From positions 20,177-84,176 of the forward strand of contig CAMTOJ010000004.1 of NCBI GenBank assembly GCA_947074145.1: a stretch of 64,000 nt of DNA, given 5' to 3'. Positions 1 through 9,217 of the stretch are shown here, piece after piece. Below the pieces are notes generated by a model that saw only the letters and a program-made list of their open reading frames with translations, made no database searches and had not been told where the DNA came from. The first letter of the stretch is position 1. Every line of letters begins with the position of its first letter. The position numbers were made by a program, and so were the translations under genes. This stretch comes from an uncultured Bacteroidales bacterium. GTDB lineage: Bacteria > Bacteroidota > Bacteroidia > Bacteroidales > JAUNSR01.

Positions 1-855
1 GGTGGTGGTGGTAATAAAGGTAATCAGCTATTACAGTTCGGGGGAACATTAAACTCTATCGCTGCTACAATTACTCCTGTACTTGTGGGTTATCTAATGG
101 GTCCTATTGTGGGACGTACTATTGAGAAAGCATATCCTGCAATGTTTATTGCAATGGCTATTTTTGCTCTTGCTTTTGTAATCTTATTAGTTGTTAAGAT
201 TCCTGAGCCAATGCAGGCTTCAGAAAAAGAACATATCAGTATATTCGCACCTCTACGTTTCCAACATCTGATTTTTGGTATCATTGCAATCTTTATATAT
301 GTAGGTATCGAAATTGGTATCCCTTCAACAGCCAATCTTTATATGACTAACGAACTTGGTATTGATGCAGGTATCGCAGGTGCCGTTGTAGGTATATATT
401 GGTTCCTTATGATGATCGGACGTCTGATTGGTGGTGTTTTAGGCGGAAGTATCTCTACAAAAACTATGATCGCTACTGTATCTGGACTTGGTCTTATCTT
501 TATTGCTTGCGGTATCCTTCTTCCTACATCTATAGCGGTATCTCTTCCTGGAATTGAGGCTCCACTTCCTATAAATCTTGTATTCTTCTGTCTTTGCGGA
601 CTTTGTACATCTGTAATGTGGGGTGGTATTTTCAACTTAGCTGTTGAAGGTCTTGGAAAATATACTGCTGCTGCTTCAGGTCTTTTCATGGTAATGGTTT
701 GCGGTGGAGGTATTATCCCTGCTATCCAGGGTGCTGTAGCTGATGCAACAAGCTATCTTACTTCATATTGGGTGATGTTTATCTGTATAGCTTACATCCT
801 ATGGTATGCATTGATTGGATGCAAAAACGTGAATAAAGATATTCCAGTAGAATAA
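1..855 (+). CDS. MFS sugar:H+ symporter, glucose/galactose (GluP/FucP-type), C-terminal part; 5' end lies outside the window
   Basis: Frame 1 is open from base 1 (GGGGNKGNQLLQFGG...) into the listed 85..855 ORF. Multi-TM hydrophobic profile like the GluP/FucP C-terminal half. Sits directly upstream of galK. Confidence 0.75.
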   Translation, partial: GGGGNKGNQLLQFGGTLNSIAATITPVLVGYLMGPIVGRTIEKAYPAMFIAMAIFALAFVILLVVKIPEPMQASEKEHISIFAPLRFQHLIFGIIAIFIYVGIEIGIPSTANLYMTNELGIDAGIAGAVVGIYWFLMMIGRLIGGVLGGSISTKTMIATVSGLGLIFIACGILLPTSIAVSLPGIEAPLPINLVFFCLCGLCTSVMWGGIFNLAVEGLGKYTAAASGLFMVMVCGGGIIPAIQGAVADATSYLTSYWVMFICIAYILWYALIGCKNVNKDIPVE

Positions 856-884
856 TATTAATACATAAATTATAAACACATTTT

Positions 885-918
885 AGAAACCATTTAATAT
901 TTATATTGAATGGTTTCT
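885..918 (+). terminator. hairpin between the transporter gene and galK
   Basis: AGAAACCATT / AATGGTTTCT 10-bp stem with a 14-nt loop, followed by TCTT. Confidence 0.45.
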
Positions 919-936
919 TCTTAAACTCTAGTAAAA

Positions 937-2085
937 ATGGATCAGTCAGTTGTAAGAAACAAATTTAAAAACGAATTTGGAACAGAGGGTTATTTATATT
1001 TCTCTCCGGGTCGTGTAAATCTAATTGGAGAACATACAGATTATAACGGAGGTTGTGTACTTCCGGGAGCTATTGATAAAGGTATGTTAGCTGAAATTAA
1101 GCCAAATGGAAAAAATACCGTTAGTGCTTACTCTATCGACCTTGATGATCATGCTGAATTCGGATTAGAAGAAGCAGATGCTCCTACTCAAAGCTGGGCA
1201 AGATATATTTTTGGCGTTTGTAGAGAAATGATCAAACGTGGTGCAAAACTTGAAGGTTTTGATACTGTATTTTCAGGTGATGTTCCTCTTGGTGCCGGTC
1301 TATCTTCATCTGCTGCACTTGAAAGTACTTATGCTTTTGCATTAAATGAAATTTTTAATTGTGGCTTCGATAAAAAAGAGCTTGTACTTATAGGACAGAA
1401 AACAGAACATAACTATTGCGGTGTTAACTGTGGTATTATGGATCAATTTGCATCTGTATTCGGAAAAGAGGGTCATCTAATCAGACTTGATTGTTCAACA
1501 ATGGATTATGAATATGTTCCTTTTAATCCTCAAGGATATAAAGTTGTTCTTATCGATTCTGTTTGTAAACATGAACTTGTAGATTCTCCTTATAACAAAA
1601 GACGCCAGTCTTGTGAAAATGCAGCTGCAGCAATTGCAAAAAATCATCCTGAAGTAAAACTTCTTGGAGATGCTAATATTGCGATGCTTGAAGAGGTTAA
1701 AGATCAGATATCTGAAGAGGATTACAAACGTGCAACTTATGCTATTCAGGAAAATGAAAGACTTATTGCAACTTGTGAGGCTCTTAAAGCTGGTGATTAT
1801 GAAACAGTAGGTAAGAATATCTATGAAACTCACAAAGGAATGAGCGAACTTTACGAAGTAAGTACTCCTGAGATCGATTATCTAAATGAAGTAGCCAAAG
1901 AGTGCGGTGTAACCGGTTCTCGTATCATGGGTGGTGGTTTTGGAGGTTGTACAATTAACCTTGTAGCTGATGATAAATATGATGCATTTATTGCAACTGT
2001 TGTTGAAAAATATAAAGGTAAGTTTGGCTTAGATGCTAAAGTTTATCCTGTTAAGATCAGCAACGGATCTCGTCGTCTTGCTTAA
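937..2085 (+). CDS. galK: galactokinase
   Basis: Galactokinase signature GRVNLIGEHTDYNGG, GHMP-kinase motif PLGAGLSSSAA, 382 aa. Confidence 0.95.
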   Translation: MDQSVVRNKFKNEFGTEGYLYFSPGRVNLIGEHTDYNGGCVLPGAIDKGMLAEIKPNGKNTVSAYSIDLDDHAEFGLEEADAPTQSWARYIFGVCREMIKRGAKLEGFDTVFSGDVPLGAGLSSSAALESTYAFALNEIFNCGFDKKELVLIGQKTEHNYCGVNCGIMDQFASVFGKEGHLIRLDCSTMDYEYVPFNPQGYKVVLIDSVCKHELVDSPYNKRRQSCENAAAAIAKNHPEVKLLGDANIAMLEEVKDQISEEDYKRATYAIQENERLIATCEALKAGDYETVGKNIYETHKGMSELYEVSTPEIDYLNEVAKECGVTGSRIMGGGFGGCTINLVADDKYDAFIATVVEKYKGKFGLDAKVYPVKISNGSRRLA

Positions 2086-2111
2086 TCATTTATACATTAA
2101 ATATATTTATT

Positions 2112-2137
2112 AGAGGTGAGGTTTATCCCTCACTTCT
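2112..2137 (+). terminator. hairpin after galK
   Basis: AGAGGTGAGG / CCTCACTTCT stem (one G-U pair), T-rich tail. Confidence 0.45.
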
Positions 2138-2156
2138 TTATTAAAACAATTATTCC

Positions 2157-2819
2157 ATGACAAATTCTGTACATCATTACATTCATCCCGATAGATTCCT
2201 TGTCTCAGTAGACTGCATTGTCTTCGGATTTCATGATACGGAACTGAAAATACTGACGTTTAAACGAAAAATTGAACCTCAGATTGGTGCTCCTTCCCTA
2301 CTTGGTGGTTTTGTTTGTAAAGAAGAAAGTATTGATGATGCTGCAAAGCGCGTTTTGGATAAACTAACAGGTATAGACGATTTGTATATGGAACAAGTCG
2401 CTACTTATGGGGATCTTGACAGAGATCCGGCAGGAAGAGTTATCAGTATCGTATATTTTGCATTAATTAATATAGAGGATTATGATCATTCATTGTTAGA
2501 AAGATATGATTCATCGTGGCTTTCTAAAGAGGAATGGAATCATCTGATATTTGACCATCGAAAAATGGTTGAAGATGCACTTAAAAGATTGAGAAAAAAG
2601 GCAGCAACGTTTGATATCGGTTTTAATCTTCTTCCTGAGAAATTTACTCTTACACAGCTACAATCTCTTCATGAAGCTATTTATAGTGAATCTCTTGATA
2701 AAAGAAATTTTAGAAAAAAAGTTTTGTCATTAAATATTCTTGACAAACTTGAGGAGAAAGATAAAATGCACTCTAGAAAAGGGGCTTATTATTATAAGCT
2801 AAATGAGAATTACAGATAA
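2157..2819 (+). CDS. Nudix-domain transcriptional regulator, NrtR/AraR-like (Nudix fold plus C-terminal winged helix)
   Basis: 220 aa. N-terminal Nudix-like fold (VDCIVFGF..., LLGGFV...E) without a clean catalytic Nudix box. C-terminal FTLTQLQSLHEAI...DKRNFRKKV is typical of the NrtR wHTH. Confidence 0.65.
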   Translation: MTNSVHHYIHPDRFLVSVDCIVFGFHDTELKILTFKRKIEPQIGAPSLLGGFVCKEESIDDAAKRVLDKLTGIDDLYMEQVATYGDLDRDPAGRVISIVYFALINIEDYDHSLLERYDSSWLSKEEWNHLIFDHRKMVEDALKRLRKKAATFDIGFNLLPEKFTLTQLQSLHEAIYSESLDKRNFRKKVLSLNILDKLEEKDKMHSRKGAYYYKLNENYR

Positions 2820-2880
2820 AACAATCTGTTTTTTTATGATTCTAATTGAGTTTATTTACATTTTATAGAATATATGGGTA

Positions 2881-2915
2881 AGAGAATGAAAAAAAATTTT
2901 TCATTCTCTTTTTTA
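2881..2915 (+). terminator. rho-independent terminator after the Nudix regulator gene
   Basis: AGAGAATGAAAA / TTTTCATTCTCT stem followed by TTTTT. Confidence 0.65.
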
Positions 2916-2973
2916 TTCTATTAAATAATTTAACTACTGTAGTGTTTTTTAAATTATAAAAGAACTATTTTCT

Positions 2974-2981
2974 TATCTTTG
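2974..2981 (+). promoter_or_regulatory. Bacteroidetes -7 promoter box TATCTTTG upstream of tkt
   Basis: Matches TAnnTTTG, 38 nt before the start codon, downstream of a terminator hairpin. Confidence 0.5.
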
Positions 2982-3018
2982 CACCGTTATACATACACAG
3001 AGCTATATTATTTATATC

Positions 3019-5055
3019 ATGAACAATTTATCTTTAATGAACAAGGCTTCTGATAATATTAGAATTTTATCAGCAGCAATGGTAGAAACAGCAAATTCGG
3101 GACACCCGGGTGGAGCTATGGGTGGTGCAGATTTCGTAAATGTACTTTACTCTCAATTTTTAAACTATGACCCAAAAGATCCTAATTGGATCAATCGTGA
3201 TAGATTCTTTTTAGATCCAGGTCACATGTCTCCTATGTTATATGCAGTATTAGCATGTGCCGGAAAATTCTCTATGGAAGAGTTATCTCAATTTCGTCAA
3301 TGGGGAAGTCCAACTCCAGGACATCCTGAAGTAGATTTGGAACGCGGTATTGAAAATACATCCGGTCCTCTTGGACAAGGACATGCTATGGCTGTAGGTG
3401 CAGCTATCGCTGAAAGATTCCTTGCTGCAAGATTTGGAGAATGGATGGCTCATAAAACTTATGCTTATATCTCTGACGGTGGTGTTCAAGAGGAAATTTC
3501 TCAGGGAGCAGGTCGTATTGCAGGTGCTCTTGGACTAAGTAATCTTATCATGTTTTATGATAGCAACGACATTCAGCTTTCTACGGAAACAAAAGATGTA
3601 ACTATCGAAAATACAGCGATGAAATATGAGTCTTGGGGATGGAAAGTGATCACTATCAACGGAAATGATGCAACGGCGATTACCGGAGCTCTTCAGGTTG
3701 CAATAGAAGAAACTCAAAAACCAACTCTTATAATCGGTAAAACCATAATGGGTAAAGGTGCAATTACTGAAGAATGTAATTCTTTCGAAGGTAAATGCTC
3801 GACTCACGGTCAGCCTCTTTCTGCTTCAGGTGCTTCTTATGATAAAACAATTGAAGGACTTGGTGGAAATCCTAAAAATCCGTTTGTTTTATTTGCTGAA
3901 ACTCAAGAACTATATGCTCAAAGAGCAAAAGAACTTGAAACAGTGATGGCTGCTAAAAAAGCAGAAGCTGCTGAATGGACAAACAATAATCCTGAACTTG
4001 CAAAAAAACTGGAGTATTTCTTCTCTGGAAAAGCTCCTGTTGTAAATTATGAGGCAATCGTACAGAAAGCAAATCAGGCTACTCGTGCTGCTTCGGCTAC
4101 TGTCCTTTCTGCTCTTGCAGAACAGGTTGAAAATATGATTGTTTCTTCTGCTGACCTTGCAAACTCTGATAAAACTGATGGATTCCTTAAGAAAACTCAT
4201 GCTTTCAAATATCAGGATTTCTCGGGTGCATTCTTCCAGGCAGGTGTTTGTGAACTTTCAATGGCTGCTATTATGAATGGTATGTCTTTGCATGGTGGTG
4301 TAATCCCTGCATGCGGAACATTCTTTGTATTCTCTGACTATGAGAAACCGGCTGTTCGTATTGCTGCTCTAATGGAACAACAAACTAAATTTATCTGGAC
4401 TCATGACGCTTTCCGTGTAGGTGAAGATGGTCCGACTCATCAGCCAATTGAACAAGAGGCTCAGATCAGACTTCTTGAACAACTTAAAAATCATAGCGGA
4501 AAGAATTCTATGCTTGTTCTTCGCCCTGCAGACTCAGCTGAAACTACTGTGGCTTGGAAAATGGCAATGGAGAATACTACAAGTCCAACAGGATTGATCC
4601 TTTCTCGTCAGAATATTAAAGATCTTCCTGCCCTATCAGGAGATAGATACAAAGAGGCTCTTCAGGCAGAAAAAGGAGCATATGTAATTACTAAAGATGA
4701 AACTCCGGATGTAATTCTTGTTGCTAACGGTTCTGAGGTTGCTACATTAATAGAGGGTGCTAAATTGCTTAAAGAACGTAATGGCATTCAATCTCAAGTT
4801 GTTTCAGCTCCATCTGAAGGCTTATTCTTTAATCAAAGTAAAGAATATATCGAAAGTGTTATTCCTTCTGACAAACCGGTATTTGGTCTGACTGCAGGAC
4901 TTCCTTCAACTCTTTACCGCCTTGTTGGTCCTAACGGAAAAGTATGGGGTCTTGATCATTTCGGTTATTCTGCACCATATACAAAACTTGACGAAGAATT
5001 TGGTTTCACACCAGAAAACGTTTACAATCAAGTTATTGAAATGTTGAAAAAATAA
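3019..5055 (+). CDS. tkt: transketolase
   Basis: 678 aa. TPP-binding NSGHPGGAMG, ISDGGVQEE, GEDGPTHQPIE motifs. Confidence 0.95.
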   Translation: MNNLSLMNKASDNIRILSAAMVETANSGHPGGAMGGADFVNVLYSQFLNYDPKDPNWINRDRFFLDPGHMSPMLYAVLACAGKFSMEELSQFRQWGSPTPGHPEVDLERGIENTSGPLGQGHAMAVGAAIAERFLAARFGEWMAHKTYAYISDGGVQEEISQGAGRIAGALGLSNLIMFYDSNDIQLSTETKDVTIENTAMKYESWGWKVITINGNDATAITGALQVAIEETQKPTLIIGKTIMGKGAITEECNSFEGKCSTHGQPLSASGASYDKTIEGLGGNPKNPFVLFAETQELYAQRAKELETVMAAKKAEAAEWTNNNPELAKKLEYFFSGKAPVVNYEAIVQKANQATRAASATVLSALAEQVENMIVSSADLANSDKTDGFLKKTHAFKYQDFSGAFFQAGVCELSMAAIMNGMSLHGGVIPACGTFFVFSDYEKPAVRIAALMEQQTKFIWTHDAFRVGEDGPTHQPIEQEAQIRLLEQLKNHSGKNSMLVLRPADSAETTVAWKMAMENTTSPTGLILSRQNIKDLPALSGDRYKEALQAEKGAYVITKDETPDVILVANGSEVATLIEGAKLLKERNGIQSQVVSAPSEGLFFNQSKEYIESVIPSDKPVFGLTAGLPSTLYRLVGPNGKVWGLDHFGYSAPYTKLDEEFGFTPENVYNQVIEMLKK

Positions 5056-5071
5056 TATTTGATAATTTTAA

Positions 5072-5113
5072 AAAGAGCTTTACCTATTTCTTATGAACGG
5101 TAAAGCTCTTTTT
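5072..5113 (+). terminator. terminator after tkt
   Basis: AAAGAGCTTTACC / GGTAAAGCTCTTT 13-bp stem with a T tail. Confidence 0.7.
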
Positions 5114-5146
5114 GTGTATTTTTTTATTCAATATAGATTTTAGTAA

Positions 5147-5154
5147 TAAATTTG
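5147..5154 (+). promoter_or_regulatory. -7 box TAAATTTG upstream of rpiB
   Basis: Matches TAnnTTTG, 44 nt before the start, after the tkt terminator. Confidence 0.45.
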
Positions 5155-5197
5155 TACCGTCTGAATATATTATAGTTCACAAAATTATTTTTAGAAT

Positions 5198-5635
5198 ATG
5201 GATAATAAAGTTATTGGTCTTGCTAGTGATCATGCAGGATATGAAAAAAAACAGATCGTAATTGAATATTTAAAATCTAAAGGTTATGAATATAAAGATT
5301 TTGGTTGTTTCTCTGCCGAATCTTGCGATTATGCCGATCCTGCACATCTATTAGGAAGTGCAATTGATAATGGAGATATATTAAGAGGTATCGCTGTATG
5401 TGGCAGTGGTAACGGGATAAATATGACTTTGAATAAACATCCCAAAGTAAGAGCGGCCTTATGTTGGATTGAAGAGATTGCTTCTCTTGCTCGTCAACAT
5501 AATGATGCTAATATTCTGGTAATGCCCGGCAGATTCATTGATGAAGAGCTGACAAGAAAAATGGTTGAGTTATTTTTGACCACTCCTTTCGAAGGTGGCA
5601 GACATTTGACAAGAATAAATAAAATTCCTCTTTAA
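5198..5635 (+). CDS. rpiB: ribose-5-phosphate isomerase B
   Basis: 145 aa, RpiB/LacAB family, GIAVCGSGNGINM motif. Confidence 0.9.
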   Translation: MDNKVIGLASDHAGYEKKQIVIEYLKSKGYEYKDFGCFSAESCDYADPAHLLGSAIDNGDILRGIAVCGSGNGINMTLNKHPKVRAALCWIEEIASLARQHNDANILVMPGRFIDEELTRKMVELFLTTPFEGGRHLTRINKIPL

Positions 5636-5691
5636 AATTTGCATAGAAACAAATATTAGCATTAAAAAATATAATCGATATTTTTTAGGTA

Positions 5692-5741
5692 AAAACGCTT
5701 GCAAGAATGGGCATTTCCTCCCATTTTTGTAAGCGTTTTTT
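5692..5741 (+). terminator. terminator after rpiB
   Basis: Extended imperfect stem AAAACGCTTGCA...AATGGG / CCCATT...TGTAAGCGTTTT followed by TTTT. Confidence 0.6.
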
Positions 5742-5853
5742 AATAGTAAAGTAAAATCTAATTATCGTGATTCACACAGAAAGGTTAAATATTTATGCTT
5801 AATATTTTACCCCTATTTAATCAAGAAGCACTTTAAGTAAACACACCAAAATT

Positions 5854-8061
5854 ATGATTCACAGCGTTTTAAAAAGAGATGGAAGGACTGTTAGTTTTGA
5901 TATTAGTAAAATAGAGGAAGCTATTTGCAAGGCTATGGGCCACTCATCTCATGGAGTTGATTTTAAACTTGCTAATGATATTGCAAGCAGAATCAATTCT
6001 AAAGGAAATAAGATTATGTCTGTGGAGGCTATCCAGGATCTCGTAGAAATAGAGTTAATGAAGAGCTCCAGAAAAGATGTAGCAAAGCTTTATATTTCTT
6101 ATCGCAATGCAAGAAGTGTTGCAAGAAAAGCCAAAACAAGAGAGATGTTTCTCGAAATTATTGAGGCTAAATCGAATGATATTACAAGGGAAAACGCCAA
6201 TATGAATGCGGATACCCCTGCTGGTATGATGATGAAATTTGCCAGCGAAACTACAAAGCCTTTCGTTGATGATTATCTTGTTGATGAAGATATTAAAAGC
6301 GCTGTTAAAAATGGATTTCTTCATATTCATGATAAAGATTACTACCCTACTAAAAGTCTTACTTGTGTTCAGCATCCGTTAGACAGAATATTAGGTCGCG
6401 GATTTATGGCAGGACATGCAGAATCAAGACCAGCAAAACGAATTGAGACAGCGAGCATTCAAGCTTGTATATCTTTAGAAACTGCTCAAAACGAAATGCA
6501 TGGCGGTCAGGCTATACCTGCTATTGATTTCTATTTTGCCCCTTATGTAAGAAGTACTTATATCGAAGAGGTAAAGATTCTGGAAAGATTTACTGGTGAT
6601 GATTATTCATCTTTATATGATGTGGAAATCAAAGATTTCTTGGTTAAGAAATGCGAGAATCTTGTAGGAAATGAAAAGATAGTTCAACACGCTGTAAACA
6701 GAACAGTGGGCCGTGTACATCAGGCTATGGAGGCATTCATTCATAATATGAATACTATTCATTCCAGAGGTGGTAATCAGGTTGTTTTCAGTTCTGTAAA
6801 TTATGGTACAGATATTTCTGCGGAAGGTAGATGCGTTATAAGAGAAATTCTTCATTCAACTTATCAAGGTGTTGGTAATAACGCAACAGCTATATTCCCT
6901 ATTCAGATATGGAAAAAGAAAAGAGGTGTGAATTATTTACCTCAAGATCCGAATTATGATTTATATCAACTTGCTGCCAAAGTATCGGCAAGAAGATTCT
7001 TTCCTAATTTTCTTAATCTTGATGCTACATTCAACCAGCATGAATCTTGGAAAGCTGATGATCCTTTGAGATATAACTACGAAGTGGCAACAATGGGTTG
7101 TCGTACTCGTGTATTCGAAAATAGATTTGGCGAAAAGACTTCAATCGGAAGAGGTAATATATCTTTTTCAACTATTAATATCGTTGGGCTTGCGTTGGAA
7201 TCAATGAGTGAAAAAACTCTTAAAGCAAGACTTGAGAAGTTTTATAAACTTTTAGATGATATGATAGAGATAACTGCTAAGCAACTTCATATACGTTATT
7301 CTTTTCAAAAAACAGCTTTAGCAAAGCAGTTTCCTCTTCTTATGAGTTCTCTTTGGAATAATACTGAGAATTTAAAAGGAGAAGATAGTATTGAAAGTGT
7401 TATTAATCAGGGTACATTGGGTATCGGATTCATAGGCCTGGCAGAATGTCTTATTGCTCTTACAGGGCAACATCATGGTGAATCGGAAGAAGCTCAAAAG
7501 ATAGGACTTGAGATTGTCTCTAAAATGAAAGAAAGAGCCGATTTTTATAGCGATAAATATTCTCATAACTATAGTGTGCTTGCAACTCCTGCGGAGGGTT
7601 TGTCTGGAAGATTTACGGCAATAGATAAGAAGAAATACGGAGAATTAAAGGGCATAACAGATAAAGAATATTATACAAATTCAAATCATGTTCCTGTATA
7701 TTACAAATGTTCAGCTCGTCATAAGGCTATTATAGAATCTCCTTATCATGAACTTACAAGAGGCGGACATATCTTCTATGTTGAAATTGATGGTGATGCG
7801 ACTCATAATCCTGAAGCTATATTAGATATAGTTGATCTGATGGATGAATACAATGTAGGTTATGGTTCAATTAATCATAACAGAAACAGATGTATGGATT
7901 GCGGACATGAGAATTCTATTGAAAATTTAGAAAAATGTCCAAAATGTGAGAGCGAAAATCTCGATAAACTTCAGAGAATAACAGGTTACCTTGTAGGAAC
8001 AACAACAAGATGGAATAAAGCGAAACTTGCAGAATTATCTGACAGAGTAATTCATTCCTAA
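5854..8061 (+). CDS. nrdD: anaerobic ribonucleoside-triphosphate reductase (class III RNR)
   Basis: 735 aa. N-terminal ATP-cone (VLKRDGRTVSFDISKIEEAI), C-terminal Zn ribbon CMDCGHE...CPKCES, glycyl-radical motif RITGYLVG. Confidence 0.95.
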   Translation: MIHSVLKRDGRTVSFDISKIEEAICKAMGHSSHGVDFKLANDIASRINSKGNKIMSVEAIQDLVEIELMKSSRKDVAKLYISYRNARSVARKAKTREMFLEIIEAKSNDITRENANMNADTPAGMMMKFASETTKPFVDDYLVDEDIKSAVKNGFLHIHDKDYYPTKSLTCVQHPLDRILGRGFMAGHAESRPAKRIETASIQACISLETAQNEMHGGQAIPAIDFYFAPYVRSTYIEEVKILERFTGDDYSSLYDVEIKDFLVKKCENLVGNEKIVQHAVNRTVGRVHQAMEAFIHNMNTIHSRGGNQVVFSSVNYGTDISAEGRCVIREILHSTYQGVGNNATAIFPIQIWKKKRGVNYLPQDPNYDLYQLAAKVSARRFFPNFLNLDATFNQHESWKADDPLRYNYEVATMGCRTRVFENRFGEKTSIGRGNISFSTINIVGLALESMSEKTLKARLEKFYKLLDDMIEITAKQLHIRYSFQKTALAKQFPLLMSSLWNNTENLKGEDSIESVINQGTLGIGFIGLAECLIALTGQHHGESEEAQKIGLEIVSKMKERADFYSDKYSHNYSVLATPAEGLSGRFTAIDKKKYGELKGITDKEYYTNSNHVPVYYKCSARHKAIIESPYHELTRGGHIFYVEIDGDATHNPEAILDIVDLMDEYNVGYGSINHNRNRCMDCGHENSIENLEKCPKCESENLDKLQRITGYLVGTTTRWNKAKLAELSDRVIHS

Positions 8062-8171
8062 TAATTATGATTATTTATCAAGAATATAATTCATAACTAA
8101 AGAGAATAAATATTAGTTCTTTTTGAATAAGAATAGATAAGATGCCATAATATAAAATTATGACGATTCGT

Positions 8172-8347
8172 ATTCTTAAAGAATATATTAATCCAAATAG
8201 ATGATTTTGCAAAAAATCATTGTATGCTAAATTCTTGAAGAATAGTTTTCTTTGCATAAAATCAACGAGAATTGTATTCCTAAGGAATATATTAGCAAAA
8301 GTAGATTCATTGCATAAGAATAGGATTAATTATTATTCCTGACGAAT
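8172..8347. repeat. four spaced copies of the 13-bp palindrome ATTCYT-N-ARGAAT in the nrdD-nrdG spacer
   Basis: attcttaaagaat 8172-84, attcttgaagaat 8231-43, attcctaaggaat 8276-88, attcctgacgaat 8335-47 (one arm mismatch). Three are followed by TTGCAWAARAAT blocks. Confidence 0.8.
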
Positions 8348-8388
8348 ATCTCTAATATCCTAATTAGGATAATTAAATATAATTCAAT

Positions 8389-8433
8389 AAGGATATTAAG
8401 TTTATTATCCGAAATAAACTTAATATCCTTTTT
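8389..8433 (+). terminator. perfect 18-bp hairpin plus T tract immediately upstream of nrdG (terminator or attenuator-like)
   Basis: AAGGATATTAAGTTTATT (8389-8406), loop atccga, AATAAACTTAATATCCTT (8413-8430), then TTTC. Confidence 0.5.
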
Positions 8434-8454
8434 CTTATAGACATAAATTTTATT

Positions 8455-9027
8455 ATGATTGACAGTTCTTCACCCGATAATTTTATATCCGAATCCGAGA
8501 TAAATAAAAATATATCAGAAGAATATATTTATATTTTAGATATCGTAGATGATACGTGTGTAGATGGTCCGGGATTACGTACTTCTGTATATTCTTCAGG
8601 ATGTTCTCATAAATGTCCAGGATGTCAGAATCCTAAATCATGGAATCTATTAGCTGGTAGAAAGATGAAGGTATCGGACATTAAAGAGTATCTTATTAAA
8701 AGTGGAAGAAACATAACATTTTCGGGGGGTGATCCATTTTTTCAGGTTGAAGCATTTACAAACCTGGCTAAAATGATAAAAAAAGAGTCTAATAAGAATA
8801 TCTGGTGCTATACAGGTTATACTTTTGAAGAGATAATAAGGAATAATGATTTAAACCCACTTTTATCTCACATTGACATACTTATAGATGGTCGTTTTGA
8901 AGATTCTTTAAAAAGTACAGATTGCATTTTTAGGGGAAGTAGTAATCAAAGGATAATTGATGTTCAAAAGTCTATAAAAGAGAATAAAATATTTATTTAC
9001 AATTATAATCCTATACCTGTTTTTTAA
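8455..9027 (+). CDS. nrdG: anaerobic RNR activating enzyme (radical SAM)
   Basis: 190 aa. VDGPGLRTSVYSSGCSHKCPGCQNP carries the CxxxCxxC cluster. About 25 aa of N-terminal extension relative to typical NrdG. Confidence 0.85.
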   Translation: MIDSSSPDNFISESEINKNISEEYIYILDIVDDTCVDGPGLRTSVYSSGCSHKCPGCQNPKSWNLLAGRKMKVSDIKEYLIKSGRNITFSGGDPFFQVEAFTNLAKMIKKESNKNIWCYTGYTFEEIIRNNDLNPLLSHIDILIDGRFEDSLKSTDCIFRGSSNQRIIDVQKSIKENKIFIYNYNPIPVF

Positions 9028-9217
9028 GTCCTAAAATAAAGATTAATATAACATCTTAGTAAATGTTTTCAGACAAAGGATTTACGTTCAGTGAGTTACG
9101 TTAGGCTATACTAAGAATAATATTCCTTTTATTTTCGTAATGTAATATTATTATTTTTTCAATCAGATCAGTCGATTGAAAGGATAAATAGAATTAGTTA
9201 AAATATAAAAGAAAAAA

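Noticed and set aside
90-689. Minus-strand ORFs 90..335 and 339..689, antisense to the sugar transporter.
   Set aside because: Both are fully nested opposite a well-supported membrane-protein gene. Their sequences are Ile/Pro/Arg-rich mirror translations with no motifs. The same reasoning applies to other nested ORFs such as 1495..1833, 3283..4200, 6055..7566, 13545..13859, 14568..15257, 15924..16562 and 41482..41832.
2974-5163. Shared TTTGYACCGT immediately after the -7 boxes of tkt (2978-2987) and rpiB (5151-5160), considered as a common operator for the Nudix regulator.
   Set aside because: Other promoters in this window (pflB, focA, the ABC-F gene, the riboswitch leader) also have GC-rich sequence right after TTTG. 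Most of the match is therefore generic promoter context. Five extra shared bases are not enough.
8172-8347. Spaced repeats in the nrd spacer, considered as a CRISPR array or MITE.
   Set aside because: Repeats are only 13 bp long and imperfect, with irregular spacing of 45-59 bp. There are no cas genes and no terminal inverted repeats or target-site duplications.
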